Assembly (NCBI GenBank): GCA_907165135.1 | Contig: OU015569.1 | Span: 3,782,001 to 3,846,000, forward strand | Source of the DNA: Oikopleura dioica | Lineage: Eukaryota > Animalia > Chordata | Reading direction: 5' to 3' | Length of the DNA stretch: 64,000 bases | Shown here: piece by piece, positions 10,353 through 24,255 of the stretch | Layout of the letters: every line of letters begins with the position of its first letter | Numbering within the stretch: position 1 is the stretch's first letter | Notes under the pieces: generated by a model | Databases searched by the model: none | What the model was told of the DNA's origin: nothing | What the model saw: only the letters and a program-made list of their open reading frames with translations | Translations under genes and position numbers: made by a program

Positions 10353-12603
10353 ATTTCCCCACTCCCCGTTTTCGAATCCTGCCTCACCTCCCCGTGCAAA
10401 TTTCTTCCCAAACCAACCAATTGCGATCATTTGTACATTAACATCGGAATAAAATTGAAAAAAACTATATCCTAATGTCTTTTCTCTTGTAATAACTTTC
10501 CCATCGGAAACCAAATAAAATATACAAAAAAAATAAATATCGTCTTCACTGGCAAGATCTTTTCGCAGGAGTTAAAATCGATCTACGATCTTGCAAAGCA
10601 CCAAAATGCTCGAGTCAGAATGGCTCATGATCTCGGCGGAGAATCGATACTGGCATAATAATAATAAATATGCCGGCTATTTTTCACCCTTTTAGAAAAT
10701 AAAAATTTGTTTAGGTTGTTTCCTGTTTATCAGGAAACACACTTACTAATAGTAATAATTTAGTAAGAGGGAAAGAGTTAGCTTGGAAGAGTTACGAGCG
10801 CTTTGAGTACAGATTCTACTATTTGCTAAAAGGGGAAATGAGTTTTAGCGGCTGACCAATCGTCGGGGCTCTTTTTTGAAAACGAAAATAATTGATCCGC
10901 GACGGGTTATTTCGTCGTTTTTTCAGCGAGGACTGCGAAAAGCGGGAAAGAGTCAAGTGTAAGAAGTGAAGAGTGAAATCCAGAGAGTACACAAGTGCAC
11001 AAAAAGAAGAGAATAATAAAACCGGCGCCGCGGGGAGAGAGTGCGGAGAATCAGGAAACCTCCAAACATTCAGAGAACTGGAAATCAACAAGGATTCACG
11101 CAGCCCGACACATGTAATTCCTTCATAGAGCCTCTCCAGTTTCTTTTGGTAAGTAAATATCACAAAAATGACATTTTTCTCAAAAAAAAAATTGGGAATT
11201 AAACGAACTCGAACGAGTGAACTTGATTAGTAATTAGTTCCCGTACTGGGTGGCCACTATTTCTACACTAATAACTTCGAAAACGACTGATTGAACGGGC
11301 GAATTCCTTAAAACTCGCCAATGTCGATCTTGTCAATTGAGAATGTTGGCTTTCGTCAATGACTCTGCGTGAGAAAAGATCGCGCTTTATTCTGATTGAG
11401 AATAATGGGATCTTTAAATTCATGCTTTCCCAGAAAAGAAGAATTCGCTGAATTGATGGCCCTGGACGTAATCCCCGAGGGATGACTCCGTGACTTAGAG
11501 TTCGCTGTGAACTTTTTACAGCTCTGCAAACAGCGACTGACTCATCAGTCCTCTATTTTTTTAATGCGCATTGTTGTTGTTTTTTGTTATTGTCAATAAC
11601 TTATTGAGAGTCATTATTTGTTAATCTGCCAGTAACACTAATAAAAGTAAATCTGAGTAAATAAGAAAGTCTGATAATTATGATGTCAGATTGTTGACGC
11701 GGACGAGGGTGTAAATGAAAGAAATTGACATTTCGAAATCGATTCTACCTATGTTCGTTCGTGATGTAAGCCACTGTAAGAATGCAGTGGCGAGATACTC
11801 AAAGCATGAATATGGCCCATAACAAACTTCGTTTTCGCCGGCATGGGAAAGTAATTTAGGTGAATTCGGGAGCCTTTAATCATCTCTTTTACGGAATTTT
11901 TAACGCTCATTTTCGGAAAATCGTAATTTGCCGTCATCGCTCGCCTCCTTTCAGTATTGATTTTGGACCGGAAAAAAAGTGAGAACACTTCAATCACCAA
12001 AAATTTAGTTAGAAAAGGGCTAGTCTTTAAATATATCTCCGCTCATCTGTGAAATGCGCCTCTCTGGCAGATTCAGAAATAGCAACATTATTTATGAATA
12101 TTCACATACACCAAAAAGGCCGTCAATTTCCAATTGATTTTTATTTTTTTTTCTCATAAGGGCTAGACGTAAAGTTTCTCCAAAGTTATTTTTCGCTTGT
12201 TTTGCGTGAAGAGATCAATGCAGAAGGACACGATCGACGCTACAATTTATTGATTTATTGTTGGTAAATTTTCGTTAAACTTATTCGACTTCCGTTTTTT
12301 GTATTGACTGTTATGGGCAGAGTTGTTAACTCACGTGTCTGTCCATGTCTCAAGAAATAAATAGGGGCGCGAATTAGACGTCTAAAAATACGAGGAACTG
12401 GTCCTCGGCAGATATCAGTGCATTGAAAATCTACGAATTGCTGATTATTTCTCAAGTTTAAAGTGCGCCACCCTCAGAGTAGCTATAAGAAAATCGACAA
12501 GCTCTAGGAATAGAAATTATCAGAGAAAATAAAAGTTCTACTTTTGTCCATGGGAGGTACAACCCAACTAAACCAAAAATTTAGCTTTTATAATGCAGTC
12601 TTT

Positions 12604-15600
12604 ATGAGCAAGTGGATCGTTGGCTTCCTTCTCCTGTCTGTAGCCCACTCACTGCGGCCCTGCTCCGAAATTGAGAACAACGAAAACTTTCGTCAAACGT
12701 AAGTCGAATTTTCACCCCTAGAAAAGGCTCTTTTGTTTGAAACAGCCTTTAATCTGAGCTAAAAGATTACATGCCAAAAAACAGCATCTATTTCAGAAGA
12801 TAGAATCTTAAATAACATACACTTTTTTGACAAACAATTTAGAGCTAGTAAAAGCAATAAATAAACATTTATGAATTATAAAGGAGAGTTTACCTGATAT
12901 AGTCCGAAGCGACCTAAATTATCGATTGCCGTGATGAAATGGACTTTACGCTGTCTTATTAATTCTATCTGTTTAGGACATGTCACTTGGAGACGTTTCT
13001 TTTCAAAGAAGGATCGGTTCTTGTAAATGGTACATCACTAGGTACGGGCTCGTTAACTTATCAAGCAATATTTTAATTAAAAACAATCTACGTACAATCG
13101 CGTTAATCAACGTAAATTTATCTATCACGAATATCTTCTGAGCCCCGAAAGAACCAAATACAACTTTCCAACTATCCGAATTTCCAGACCGACATGATCG
13201 ATCATTTCCCGATGTGAAATGGCTCACAGTTGGGGACACACTCGCCGTCAACAATGTGGACATCTGCAAAATAGATTTTGCGGAGGGCTCGTGCGACATC
13301 CGCTCCGTTCTTATGCTATATCATGGATTTTCTCAGTAAGCGAAAGACTCTTTCAATAATTTTCTAATTGAACTTTCCATCCTAGAGTAGCATCAGTATG
13401 TCTACGTTATGTTACATAATCTATCGCGACTTTTAAAGATTTAATATAGGCAGCAAGATGACGGCTTTCTCCAGCAAACCGTCCTTAATCACCCCTTCGT
13501 CATTGGTATTGATCCTCCAGCCTACTTGTCCGACAGTTCTTTCGAGACCTCGTATTCCTTGTGCGAGCCGGACTTTCTCAATGTTTCCAGAGCACTCTAC
13601 TCTGACAGCTTCAATACCATCAACCGCTCCGCCCTCCACAAAAACATTCCCTACGATTGTCTCGCTGATGACATTCCAGAAGAAAATTGCACAGCTATTT
13701 TCGACACAGTCAAAGAAAAATATTGTAAATGTGGTCCGGAACAACTTAGTGCTCCTAATACAGCATTGGTGATAACTAAGGTGAAGGGGATTTCTGCTTG
13801 ATTTTTGTTAATTAACCTTGATTTTTTGATTTTGTCAAGCTTCCATCATCCCAACGAATAATGAAAATATTTTTAGAAAGGAAAACTTAACTTCCTTGCT
13901 TTATTTTCCTCACTCACGACAGCTGATGTTCGTTATGAGGAAGACGGACTGCCAATTTTCAAGACTCCCGAAAACTACTTTCTGACCGATAGCGGCACCC
14001 TTCCGAAAGTCCCCAACTATTGGGAATGTAGCGAGCCATATTCGAAGCTTCAAATCTTTCAAAAAATATCCTCCGAGGATTTTTTCAGTAGAGCATACGA
14101 AACGATAGATCTAATTGGAAGCAAATACTCTTTGGATAAGAAATACAGAACTATTACAAGACCATCGACGCTGGTTATGAAAATCGAGACAAAAATTGAC
14201 GACAAAAAGTACACAGCTTCAAAATTGATCCAAATTGCTGACAGCGTTCACTTTCGTCCTAGCGATTTTTTTCCAGAAATATCGTTCCGTAAGTTTCGAG
14301 AATCTTCAGGAAATCTCTAAGCATCGGGCCTGGAATTTATAGTCCTGAACCGGACTTAGAACACCCGTCCAGCAGCCAGTGACTCTTATGACTAAACTTT
14401 TAGAATTCGTGGACGAGGATGAAAATAATTATTACTTCGACGTCGGTGTAACAATTGACATCCCGAGCAACTTTTATGACTTCCATGAGTCCCAGAATAA
14501 GATTGTTCAAATCTTCATTTATGCCTTCCAGCATTTGGAACTTCGTATTCTTGAAGTTTTTGTTCATGAAATCGGTTACTTGCCAGGGGAACCTACGAAA
14601 ACAAAGAAGGTACGTTGTCAGGAACGTTTACCTGCTATTTTTTTTATTAGATACCCATACCGAAGACCATCACTTTGAGCGGGAAAAGACGAACTATTGA
14701 TATGCTTGATGGTTACGTTTCGTTATCAGAAGAACCACTTCTCGATGACGATGGTATTCTTCTACAAGATGCAACCGAAGGAGTCAAATTTGCAGAAAAG
14801 TCAGAGCACTGTCATGTGAAACACGAGTTCTGCGACGCTGTTACTTACACACCATCAATGCCAAGTTTAGAGACTATATTCTCAACAGCTAGCTCTTCGA
14901 AACGCTTTGCAGATATTATAAGTATGGCATATGTGAATGATAACACTAGAATGACGGTCCAAACTGTCAAGGCTCCTTGCTGTCCAGATCACCAGTATGC
15001 CAAAGGTCACAAAACATTCGATTATCAATTTTATGGCAACAGCAAAATTTTTTATATTCGAAATCCTATAAAGATTCGATCTGAAAAGTGCTTTATGGTA
15101 TATTTTGTGACCAAAGTAAAGGTTTCAACTTGACGACAACGAGGACTCTCCGAATAGAGATGCATCAATTAACGTCGATGCTCTACAATAGGGACGAAGA
15201 AGATTACAGGATCGTGTTATATTTCTCCGCTTACGGCCATCCTCTTTCTCCAGAAAAAACATCAAATATCCCCTGTTTCGAGAAAACAATGAGGTAATAT
15301 TTTCTAAAAAATTTTATTTTTAAATCACTACCATAGCGCTGTTAAACATGAGTCTTATTTTCGACGCATTCGAGGAGAAAAATTTGGCCGTGAAATATAT
15401 GAAGGGGAAAACGCTCCTGATAGACACCTTACGGGAATTTACTGGGAAATCACTACAAGTGAAATATTCGATGTACATACGGCGATTGATGATTCCAATG
15501 GGACTCATTTAGACATGTGGCTTTGGATGGCGGTAGAATACAACACTAGCGACTCAAAGACGAAAGAGTCCGAATGCATAATGATCGACAAGGATACGAG

Positions 15601-16256
15601 TTCTGCCGGTTACGACATCAGCACTTTCGTAAACGAGCAAATCGCCGTCAACCGAAATAAATTTATCGTTCGCATAATCAATGTTGGATTGATCCTTCTA
15701 GTAATTGCAGTTGCTTTCTTGGCAGCGAATCTCTTGCAGCGAAAATGGCAAAAGCTGTGGAGAGATAGTAAGCCAACGCCAGCACAACTTACGCTCTACC
15801 CTGTCCGCGAACCATCGGATGATCTTTCTGAACCTAAATGGCCAACAGGGGATAGACCAACAGCCGAAACAACCGAACTGGGCGAACCGCTGAAGTAAGC
15901 ACATTTGTCAAGCATTTTTAAATAATTTTAGTTCTAGCTCGATATCTGACTCGCTCAAAGACGAGAATGACAATTTGCTGAACCGATATTTCCCAGCAGA
16001 GACGCCAGCAGAAAACACTTTCGACCAGCTACCCCTGATCGAATCCGACAACCCGGGATACAAGTTCAACCCACTACAAATGATCACCCCCAATCATCAA
16101 AAATCACAAGTACTTCAATCAGCTCCAACTCTTCAACCTCAAACTTCAATGCAACCTCCAATGCCGCTTCCATTCAACAGTGGCATGTCTGGTGGATACA
16201 AATCAATGGAAGCGATAGAGGCGATTCCATTTTCCATTGCAAACGAAGACGAATAA
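12604..16256 (+). CDS. Uncharacterised type I membrane glycoprotein, multi-exon
   Basis: Signal-peptide-like first exon MSKWIVGFLLLSVAHS ending at a GTAAG donor. Consecutive open exons with Cys residues and N-glycosylation sequons, a TM segment IINVGLILLVIAVAFLAANLL (~15675-15735), and a Pro/Gln-rich tail ending at 16256. Confidence 0.65.
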
Positions 16257-16964
16257 ACAAAAAGACAAGTTTCTTTCAAATAGAATATGGTCCATATTAT
16301 ATGGAGAAAACCTTCAAAATTTAAAATAGCTATCTTACTGCCGTTCAGTAATTCCTGATGCTTCGATTATTATTTTAAGATCTTGAGCCCTGTACAAATA
16401 AAAATCACAGATCAATTAATATCCCCTGTTGAAATATAATAAGTTATGCAGACATGAGATTATATACCATCTAACTGTCTCCTGTCTGATGGAAAATTAT
16501 GTGTTGCATGCATTGAATTGAAATAAAAATCAATGATTAGGGAAATGATTAATTTTAAAGGGCGTTTATACGGGTGAAGAGGATCTGATTTGACGAGGAA
16601 AGACGATTTGATTTGCTTTTAACTGCTAAGAAGTGGTCAAATCCAGCCGTGTTTAGGAGAGTGCGAGCTTATCTCCTTCTCAACCGGGACAAGTCGGGTC
16701 GGGCCACTCGCCTGAGGCTAAATCCGTTGCGACGGAATCGCTTTTTCGTTACTTGCGCTTCGCTCGTTATTCGACAAAGCCATATTGGTTTTTTATTCCA
16801 CGGCACAATTTATCATGAGAGAAACCATTAGAATGAAACCTCCCATGAGAAGAGTCTCCAATCATCTCTCTCTTCGCTGGATCTATCAGGGACTCCGTTA
16901 AAGCAGTCGTACAGGAGGGGTTCTCCGCTTTGTGTTGGTGCTAAAAACTCGCAGTGGCAAAGTA

Positions 16965-17601
16965 CAGGCAGGTGTCAAGCTGTGCAAATAGGATGCAACG
17001 GGCCCACCGACACGCGTAGCCTGCTGCGATGTCCTGCAGAGACTGGTCCTTGCACCGATTTCGAGCAACGCTCGGTGTGAGATGGCTTCAAAATCAGCAA
17101 GCTAAGCCGAGGATAAGCTCAAAAGTGAAGTTTTAAAAGAATAAAAAATTGGAATTTCATAAAACCTTGGAGAGTAATTTTTTGCAGATATTAATTCTGA
17201 GACCGAAAATATATTTATCTGACCATAGCCTATGGTCCATAGCTCACCTAGCCTGCCCTTGACAAGAAAGCTCGGATACCAATTCGCTCGGAAACCTAGA
17301 TTCTTTATGAAGATGATTTTTGGGTTCATAATCGAAATCTCCGTAAAAAATAACCATAAAAGGCGAGATTTCATAAAATTTCAATTTTTATTCTTTTTTA
17401 TCTTAACTTTTAACCGGCTGAGCTTGATCCGATTTTGCAGCTCAGTCCCTCTCAAAGTTTGTGATAACTTTGGCTCAATTCATCTCACACCGAGCCTTGC
17501 TCAGTGTTGGTGCTAGGAGCAGTCTCTGCGGGACTTCGCAGTGGGTAGCACATGTCGGTGAACCCCTTGCATCCTATTTGCACAGCTTGACACCTTGCCT
17601 G
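16965..17601. mobile_element. 637-bp Tc1/mariner-type MITE, TA TSD
   Basis: TA|CAGGCAGGTGTCAAGCTGTGCAAATAGGATGCAA ... TTGCATCCTATTTGCACAGCTTGACACCTTGCCTG|TA, with ~130-bp imperfect arms. Confidence 0.85.
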
Positions 17602-19505
17602 TACCGTACCATCATTTTCATTTTGATATTGAACTTATATGAATGATGAATTGATAAAACACTTTTTAAAATATTTTTGATAAATCTATTCGAATTTTTT
17701 TTCTTCGTAATAAATATTCGTGCGACAGATAAACGATTACTGCATGGATTTTTGAAGTAATCGACTTAGAAAGAAGATCACGAGTAAATCCGAAATGACT
17801 CAATCATGCTTTTAACTAGTAAAAGACATCTTCGCATCAAACCCGGGATGAATTTAGCTCCGGTGGGAGCTCAGACGTGTCCCTCAGTCGAGTTGATGAA
17901 GTTAGTTGGAGTTTATTTATTTATAAAACCCAAGGCATAATCGCGTATTTTATCTCAAACTCATGTGTTATTTTGGGTTCTCAATGTCCTCTTGCAGCAA
18001 TACTGGTTTCAGAATCGATCTTGAAATTCACAAATTTTCGCTTTTGCGCTCAATCGGCGTAAATAAATTCACCAACCGAGAAAAAGCCCACAAGCTACGC
18101 CGAAGAACACACGACTTCGGCGAAAATCCTATCAGGAAAAAATTGAAAGCAAAGGAAAATGAGAATGATCAGAATTCTTTTTTGATTTCGAAAAAAAGAT
18201 GAACAAGAATACATCAGAAGAATCAAACAAAAGCAAGAATTCAAATAGGTCTTCATTCCTCAGGCAAAGCTTTTCGAATTGAAATCTAGGGTTAGGATTA
18301 GGGCTAGGGTTAGCCTGGCGAGACAAGTCAATTAACAAAGTGATAGATTGTTAAATTAGTGATTGCGCGACTGTCGCTGAAAATATTGTTAGGCTGAATG
18401 AAAAGTTTCGATTCTAGCCCTTTCAGCTCTCGGTAAGTCGTCAACACTCTCGTCTGGGTTCTTTCTGGAGGTTTAGACACGCGACGCCGCGGCCCTCGAA
18501 TGTCTCCAACATCTCAAGCTGCGGGCTTTCTCTGATTCAATTCAAAAGGCAAATCCCAGTCGACAAAAATATTAGAAACAGCCTTGACAGCGCATTAAGA
18601 GATAGCAATTATTTTTTTTATTTAATTATTTCTGACAATTGATCCCGATCCTACTCGTGGCAAGCACAGAGAAAGCAATATTATCAAAGCACCCATAAGG
18701 TAACTTTAACACATCTATTTTCCACAAAGTCGTGGATAATCGGGTTTCGTAAAAATGCTGTCCTTTTTCTGAAAAACCCTTCTGAATATATTTTTTAAGC
18801 CCGCAAAAGTGACTCAACGAATTTAACCTTCGTCTCGATACAGGAAAAGCTAAAAAGTACATTCGTCAACACAATAAATAATAAAATTGTTTTGAGCTTT
18901 TTGAGGCTTCACGCAGGACAACACGATGCTCACGAACTTCTTGGTTTTTTGAAGAGTTAAGAACCAGGTACAAACAGCTCCGTGAGACGGTAAACCGATT
19001 TGTAACGTTTTCGAAATCCAGACATGACGCGAACTCTATTGAGTTATTTTCTATCAGCGTCGTTTCTATTACGAAGTTGTTCGGAGACTCGATAGACGCA
19101 AATAGCATACCTTGTCTTACCGTTCTAATAATTCAATAACACTATGGGAAACATTTAAATTATATTATATGAATGATCTTCACCTTCTTTAGGTAACCTT
19201 CAGTCTTGTAATGGCAAATTAAATATTTTTGATTTTGTATTTGAAGCGCTGAGTGAATATCTAAGTGTTGTCAAATTCACTCAGATCATGGCGCCCTTTT
19301 TGTCTTTTAGTATTGGCGCAGTATATACAATTTTAACGCAAAAGTGCATTACCTCAGACCGCGCGGCTTCCCCTTATTTATTTCGACGATTATTTTATTC
19401 ATCACTGAGAGAGTCACATCGAGAGAATAACGCACTCAGAAAGGATGAAAGAAATATCTTACGGAAAATGTAACTTTGTCGCCTAGTGGCCAGCGGAGAA
19501 ACAAC

Positions 19506-22500
19506 ATGCTAGGATGTTCGAATGCTGTTTTGTTCGGGTAACTTTTCTGCCAAAGCTTATGATAAGCCGCTAATTTTAACATTGACAGGTGCTTGGTATT
19601 CCTCGCCGCTTTTATCGGCCTGTACTTCGTGATCGAAATTCAAGCCAAAAGTAAAATCGCTGAAGGTAGTACAGTGCATTTGTCTGATCTAATAAAATAA
19701 ACCAGTTCCCGATCCGCGCCCTCAAAATCCTCAAAATGCCGAAAATTTCTCAAGAATGGTTGAACTATTGAGGAATGAATGCCATGATAACAACGTTTGG
19801 GTATGTTGATGAGAACGCGTGCTTGGAAAAAAACGAAATTTTAGGCCGAAAATTTGGACAACAAAAAATGGTGTTCAACGAGCTGGGATCTGATTTTTGC
19901 TGGCCGCCGACAGAAGTTGAAAAAACCGCCACTATCAAGTGCCCAGGTAGAACAGTAATAAAGGAAGTGTGCTCAGTATACTGCACGTATGTATATAAGC
20001 GCGATTAGCGAGATTAATTTTCAATCTGCGTTTATGGCTCTAAGTGTAATTGAAAAATAACGAGCTAATTGATGAAAGAATTCAATTAACACCATTTCTG
20101 CTGATTGATTAAACGTTGTGTATTTGTACTGGAATATTATTATTTAATATTTATGACTTGTTCGTTCGTAAACCCTTATTAGCTACCTCAACACTCCCCA
20201 TTCCTGCGTATTTAGACGCATTGAAACATTTTGACACTTCAAAGAAACTCCAGCGCAAGTGCTACTACAATGCTACTACTGAAACGGCTGAATGGCAATC
20301 TTACAAGACAAAAGCAGAGCAACTTGCAGGTTTGGACTGAACTTGCTAAATCCTCAAGCGGATCGGCACTCGCGAAAAAAGCACTAGCTCCACAATCGCT
20401 TAGAACTTGACCTTTGAGTTAATAACTGATTTCAAGATGGTTTGTATGGCGCGCGGGTTCTCATACTTGGTAAATCGGGCAAAATATCTGCCAATCGTAC
20501 CGACTCTTCATTTGCACAAAATGAATGGTCTTTCAGTGATTTATATCTATCTAACATTTGCCAATTATCTGGTTATTGTTAAAAGAGTAACTAAACAATT
20601 TTTCGTCATATTCGTTATAAGTTTGATGCAATCTGAGAACAGCGACATGTTTGAGGAACAATAACTTTATAGCTAAAGTTCTCATATAACACTAATAGTT
20701 ACTCGGAAATTGATTAAGTTATTTGCTTAACTATTTTGGACTTTTAGAGTGTCTAACCGACGAGAAGTCACATTTATCCAAAAATATTATCAAGTAAGCG
20801 TTCCCTCTTGATGACTTCTAATTATTACACTCAGTATTGTGATAATAATGAACATCGTTGGCGCTTCAATATCATGTCTTGCCCTGGGACTATCGATAAT
20901 TATTCTGTCGTCTTTGGTAAGTTTCTCGAATATATTCAACGCAGCTATATTCAGCGCAAAATTCGCTCGACGCGCAATCACATCCACTGTAATTTATTTC
21001 TGGCCTGGATCTTCAACACCATTTTTAAATGTCTATTGTTTGTCCAAGGTAATTGTTTCACGATAAAGTAGTTGCTCAATTACTGTCGCAGGTAATAACT
21101 GGGCACATTTGTTGAACGGATGCGCGATTACAATACTCGCTGTTTACGGTTCAATAATTCAGATGTCCTGGGTAAGAGATATTAGCCAAGTGATAAAAAA
21201 TTAACTAAATAGACTCTGATCGAAGGAATACATCTACATCTGCTGCTCTCTATATCGCACTTTCCTAAGACGTGGTCTTTTAAATGCTTCATAACTTGCG
21301 CCATAATTTGCTATCTTTGATGTTTCGAAAAGACAATAGTTGACCCCATCCCAGCACAACTACTACCTCGCCATTCTAATGTCTCTTGGATGGGGAATCC
21401 CTATTCTTCTTGTCGTCGGCCAAATATGCCACGTGAGTGCTAATCAAGTTCTATTTCTCGACATTTTGACTAAGAATAAAATCATTGGCTTCGAAAACTG
21501 CTTTCCAGAAGGATCGTCTATCCGCTACTGGAATGAAATACCGATAATCGTGATGCTTACAATCAACTTCGAAATCTTTATTTTGATTATTTCGAAAATA
21601 TCTACCAAGGAATGATTCTAGTACGCCGAATTTCAGTCTCCAAAGAAAAGTTTATTGAAATCATAAAAAGTTAATACCAAACGGGGGTCAGCGACACGGC
21701 TCGCACTCATCCCCAACTTGTCCTGGAAACGCCACCCGTGGCACTGGCCGGACTGTTCCGACTCTTCGCCTGGCAAAAGCGACGCTAACACTTATTCCCG
21801 TTATGGGCATGCAAAACCTCCTCTTCATTCTGATACCATCTCAGGGCGTAGAAGATAGAACCATAGAAATCCGAAATTTGATAGAGCAGAGTCTTGAAGC
21901 CTACTCTGGAATTTTAGGTTAGATTATTGCCATTATTAACTGCTCCCAAAATTTTAAGTGGCTATAATTTACTGTTATCTGAACCACGAAGTTCAAGGCG
22001 AGATAGGGCGATATATTATGAACACGAGACTGAGGTGGGTCCTCCTTGATATCGTGCGAACATTGAGGAGATTTCTTTTTGTCATCGAATCTATTACAGA
22101 AAATAATCCTGGTCTGGGACGGTCAAAAATACGCCTGGTTTGGGACGGTCGGGCCATTTAAAGATCAAAGGCGCACGCCTGGGGGGTGCTTTTTAATATG
22201 AAAGTGGCGGCAGAGGCGAGAGCGAAAATAATCCTGGTTTGGGACGCTTTGGCTGATTAAGACCGTCCCAGACCAGGCGTATTTTCTGTAACTCGTCAAA
22301 TCATTAAAATTCAGATGGCTTATTTTCGAAGAAAGAAGAACAGGCGTCGAGCGATTTCGGCAACGTGTATCCCGCGTCTCGCAGGTTCACTGGAGAAATT
22401 TAAATCTTTGCAAATAATTCTCTTACAGGACGTTTCTGTCATACAGCCGAAGCGTAAATCGAGGAGAACGAGGTCAAAAAGATTATCAAAGAAAAACTCT

Positions 22501-22638
22501 AGGAAATGCTCAATTGGCGAAACCAGGAAATTAAGAGACGAGGCCTCTTCAACTCGCATTCTATCAAGCGATCGCGATGATTCTGAGGAAGTCATCAACA
22601 AAATTGACAATTATGACTTTGAAAGGATAGTGCTCTAA
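19506..22638 (+). CDS. Class B (secretin-family) GPCR, multi-exon
   Basis: Hormone-receptor domain FCWPPT...CP. TM motifs RKIRSTRNHIHCNLFLAW, W|TLIEGIHLH, LGWGIP, ATLTLIPVMG-type TM6 and AIIYCYLNHEVQ. Start codon is tentative. Confidence 0.9.
22097..22288. mobile_element. 192-bp Tc1/mariner-type MITE in the last GPCR intron, TA TSD
   Basis: TA|CAGAAAATAATCCTGGTCTGGGACGGTC ... GACCGTCCCAGACCAGGCGTATTTTCTG|TA, with the internal motif CCTGGTYTGGGACG repeated four times. Confidence 0.85.
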
Positions 22639-23047
22639 AAGCTAAGACAATTGCGGGGACGTTGGAGCTATGAACTCTTCTCAGGAGCACAATAAAAAGT
22701 ACTGATTACAACGTCTAAGGCTAAAAACGTACGTGCCCATCAAAGCAATTTCCCGCCGGAATTCTGTACAAAAATATGATTCAACTTCTTTCAAAAAACT
22801 ATCAACTGCCAATAAAGCAATACAACTATCAGTAGGATCAACTACTGCAATTAACTAGAGTTGAAACACACATTGAATAGACAGTGAAATTAGAAAGACA
22901 CTTGATGGAAATGATAAAAATCGAATATTTTCTAGTATTTCAAAAATCCGCCTGTTTTCCTTTCAAAGATATTTGGGAGTCATAGCAACGAGTATTCGAG
23001 AGGACGCAAATTTCGCTTCGATTTGCGCTGAGATTAACTGAGGAAGG

Positions 23048-24038
23048 ATGGTAGAGCTTTATACAGAAAAAAGATCAGGACTCCCACGTGATGTTTGGAA
23101 GTGGATTTTCTCTCTTGATTTACCAAGACCTGTTAAAAATGTTCGCCGCGATTTTCAGGTATAGTTTGGTTGAGTTGATTCTTTTGTGGAACTAAAATTA
23201 GAATGGCGAATTGATCGGATATATTCTTAATCATTACTATTGCCGTAATGAACCAGGTAATAAAAAGATTAGAAAAAGTGCGAATGAATGACTTCTCAGT
23301 TCTTGGCTGGATAGAAATTAGCCAAATGAATCAAGGAACATCATTTAACTCGATGAATGCAAACTGGGACCTTGTTCGGCGATTCCTCGCGCGACCAGAA
23401 GTAGGTGCTTCTTCATGAGGAAAAGTTTATTGTTTGTATACAGAACTCTGACCTCGTCATCTCTAAAGAGGAGATCGATGGCATTGTCCATGCGAAACCT
23501 GGCGCAATTGAGCTCGTTCTGATTGGAATGTTCCAATTCTTCACTGGCAAGGAGCAGAAGACCCTCGTTGGCGAGTATAACTTTGACTTCAAGTAAGACT
23601 TGTTTTCATTTTGTCCATAAGATGGAATTCTTAGCGACGGAGATTACCAGAATCGACTCCCATTCCATGCTCGGAATACAGCTACAAGCTCCGTGAAAGC
23701 GAACACTAAAATTACTGAAACACTCGCAGATGGAGACACGGCGCGAGAGCAATTAAGAAACTCGAAAGTCTTGTCCCAGTTCGAGCTTAACAAAGTCATG
23801 GCAAGGGTTTTGTGTGGATACTTCTTCAATTTCTTTTTAGATGAAAGCGGAGCATCCTCAGCGATTCAACGTGGTTCCACCACTCGATACGAGAAGCCGA
23901 AAGCACCGAGGGGAGTCTTCAAAGAAAACAACGCTTCAACCTTCTGCCAAAGCATCAGTTCGCTCGTCTAGGGTTATTTCCGCCGATAAAAAATCAAAAC
24001 CTGTTCAGTACGACCAATTCGTCAATGTCAAGCAATAA
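23048..24038 (+). CDS. SPATA4: SPATA4/SPEF1-family calponin-homology protein
   Basis: SGLPRDVWKWIFSLDLPRPVKNVRRDF|NGELI..., NWDLVRRFL, IDGIVHAKPGAIE, DYQNRLPFHARNTATSSVK and a terminal VNVKQ*. Confidence 0.85.
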
Positions 24039-24255
24039 AAGATAAATTTGAGAGGATGATTGTCTGTTTTCCTTGACGTTTTATGAGAAAGGTCTCAGAA
24101 TGCATGTCTGCGGTATCAAAGAGAAACTGAGTAACATTTTTGGCAAAACTTCATAGTTTTTTGCTAAAAGATGTAAAATATGGGTTTTACTTTGAATAAA
24201 ATTTATTGATAGTGATTTAATCGGAAAAGGATATAATAGAGAGGTACAGAGGCTT

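Larger units (their letters stand above)
6570..10632 (+). repeat. Inverted segmental duplicate of 52505-53530 (promoter + CenH3 + 3' flank), expanded by TE insertions
   Basis: Collinear match once insertions are removed, e.g. 6811-6891 vs rc 53320-53410, the exons, 10352-10575 vs rc 52565-52787, and 10598-10632 vs rc 52505-52545. Confidence 0.9.

Noticed and set aside
10352-10460. Histone 3' stem-loop after the CenH3 stops
   Set aside because: No 16-nt stem-loop found. Introns and a downstream AATAAA (~10448) indicate a polyadenylated, replication-independent variant.
10206-10514. 102-aa minus-strand ORF duplicated at 52625-52933
   Set aside because: It is the antisense shadow of CenH3 exon 3 plus 3' UTR, and is conserved only because the region is duplicated.
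18286-18314. Telomere-like run CTAGGGTTAGGATTAGGGCTAGGGTTAG (also CCTAACCCTAACC at ~1780)
   Set aside because: Only 4-5 degenerate units, too short to call an interstitial telomere.
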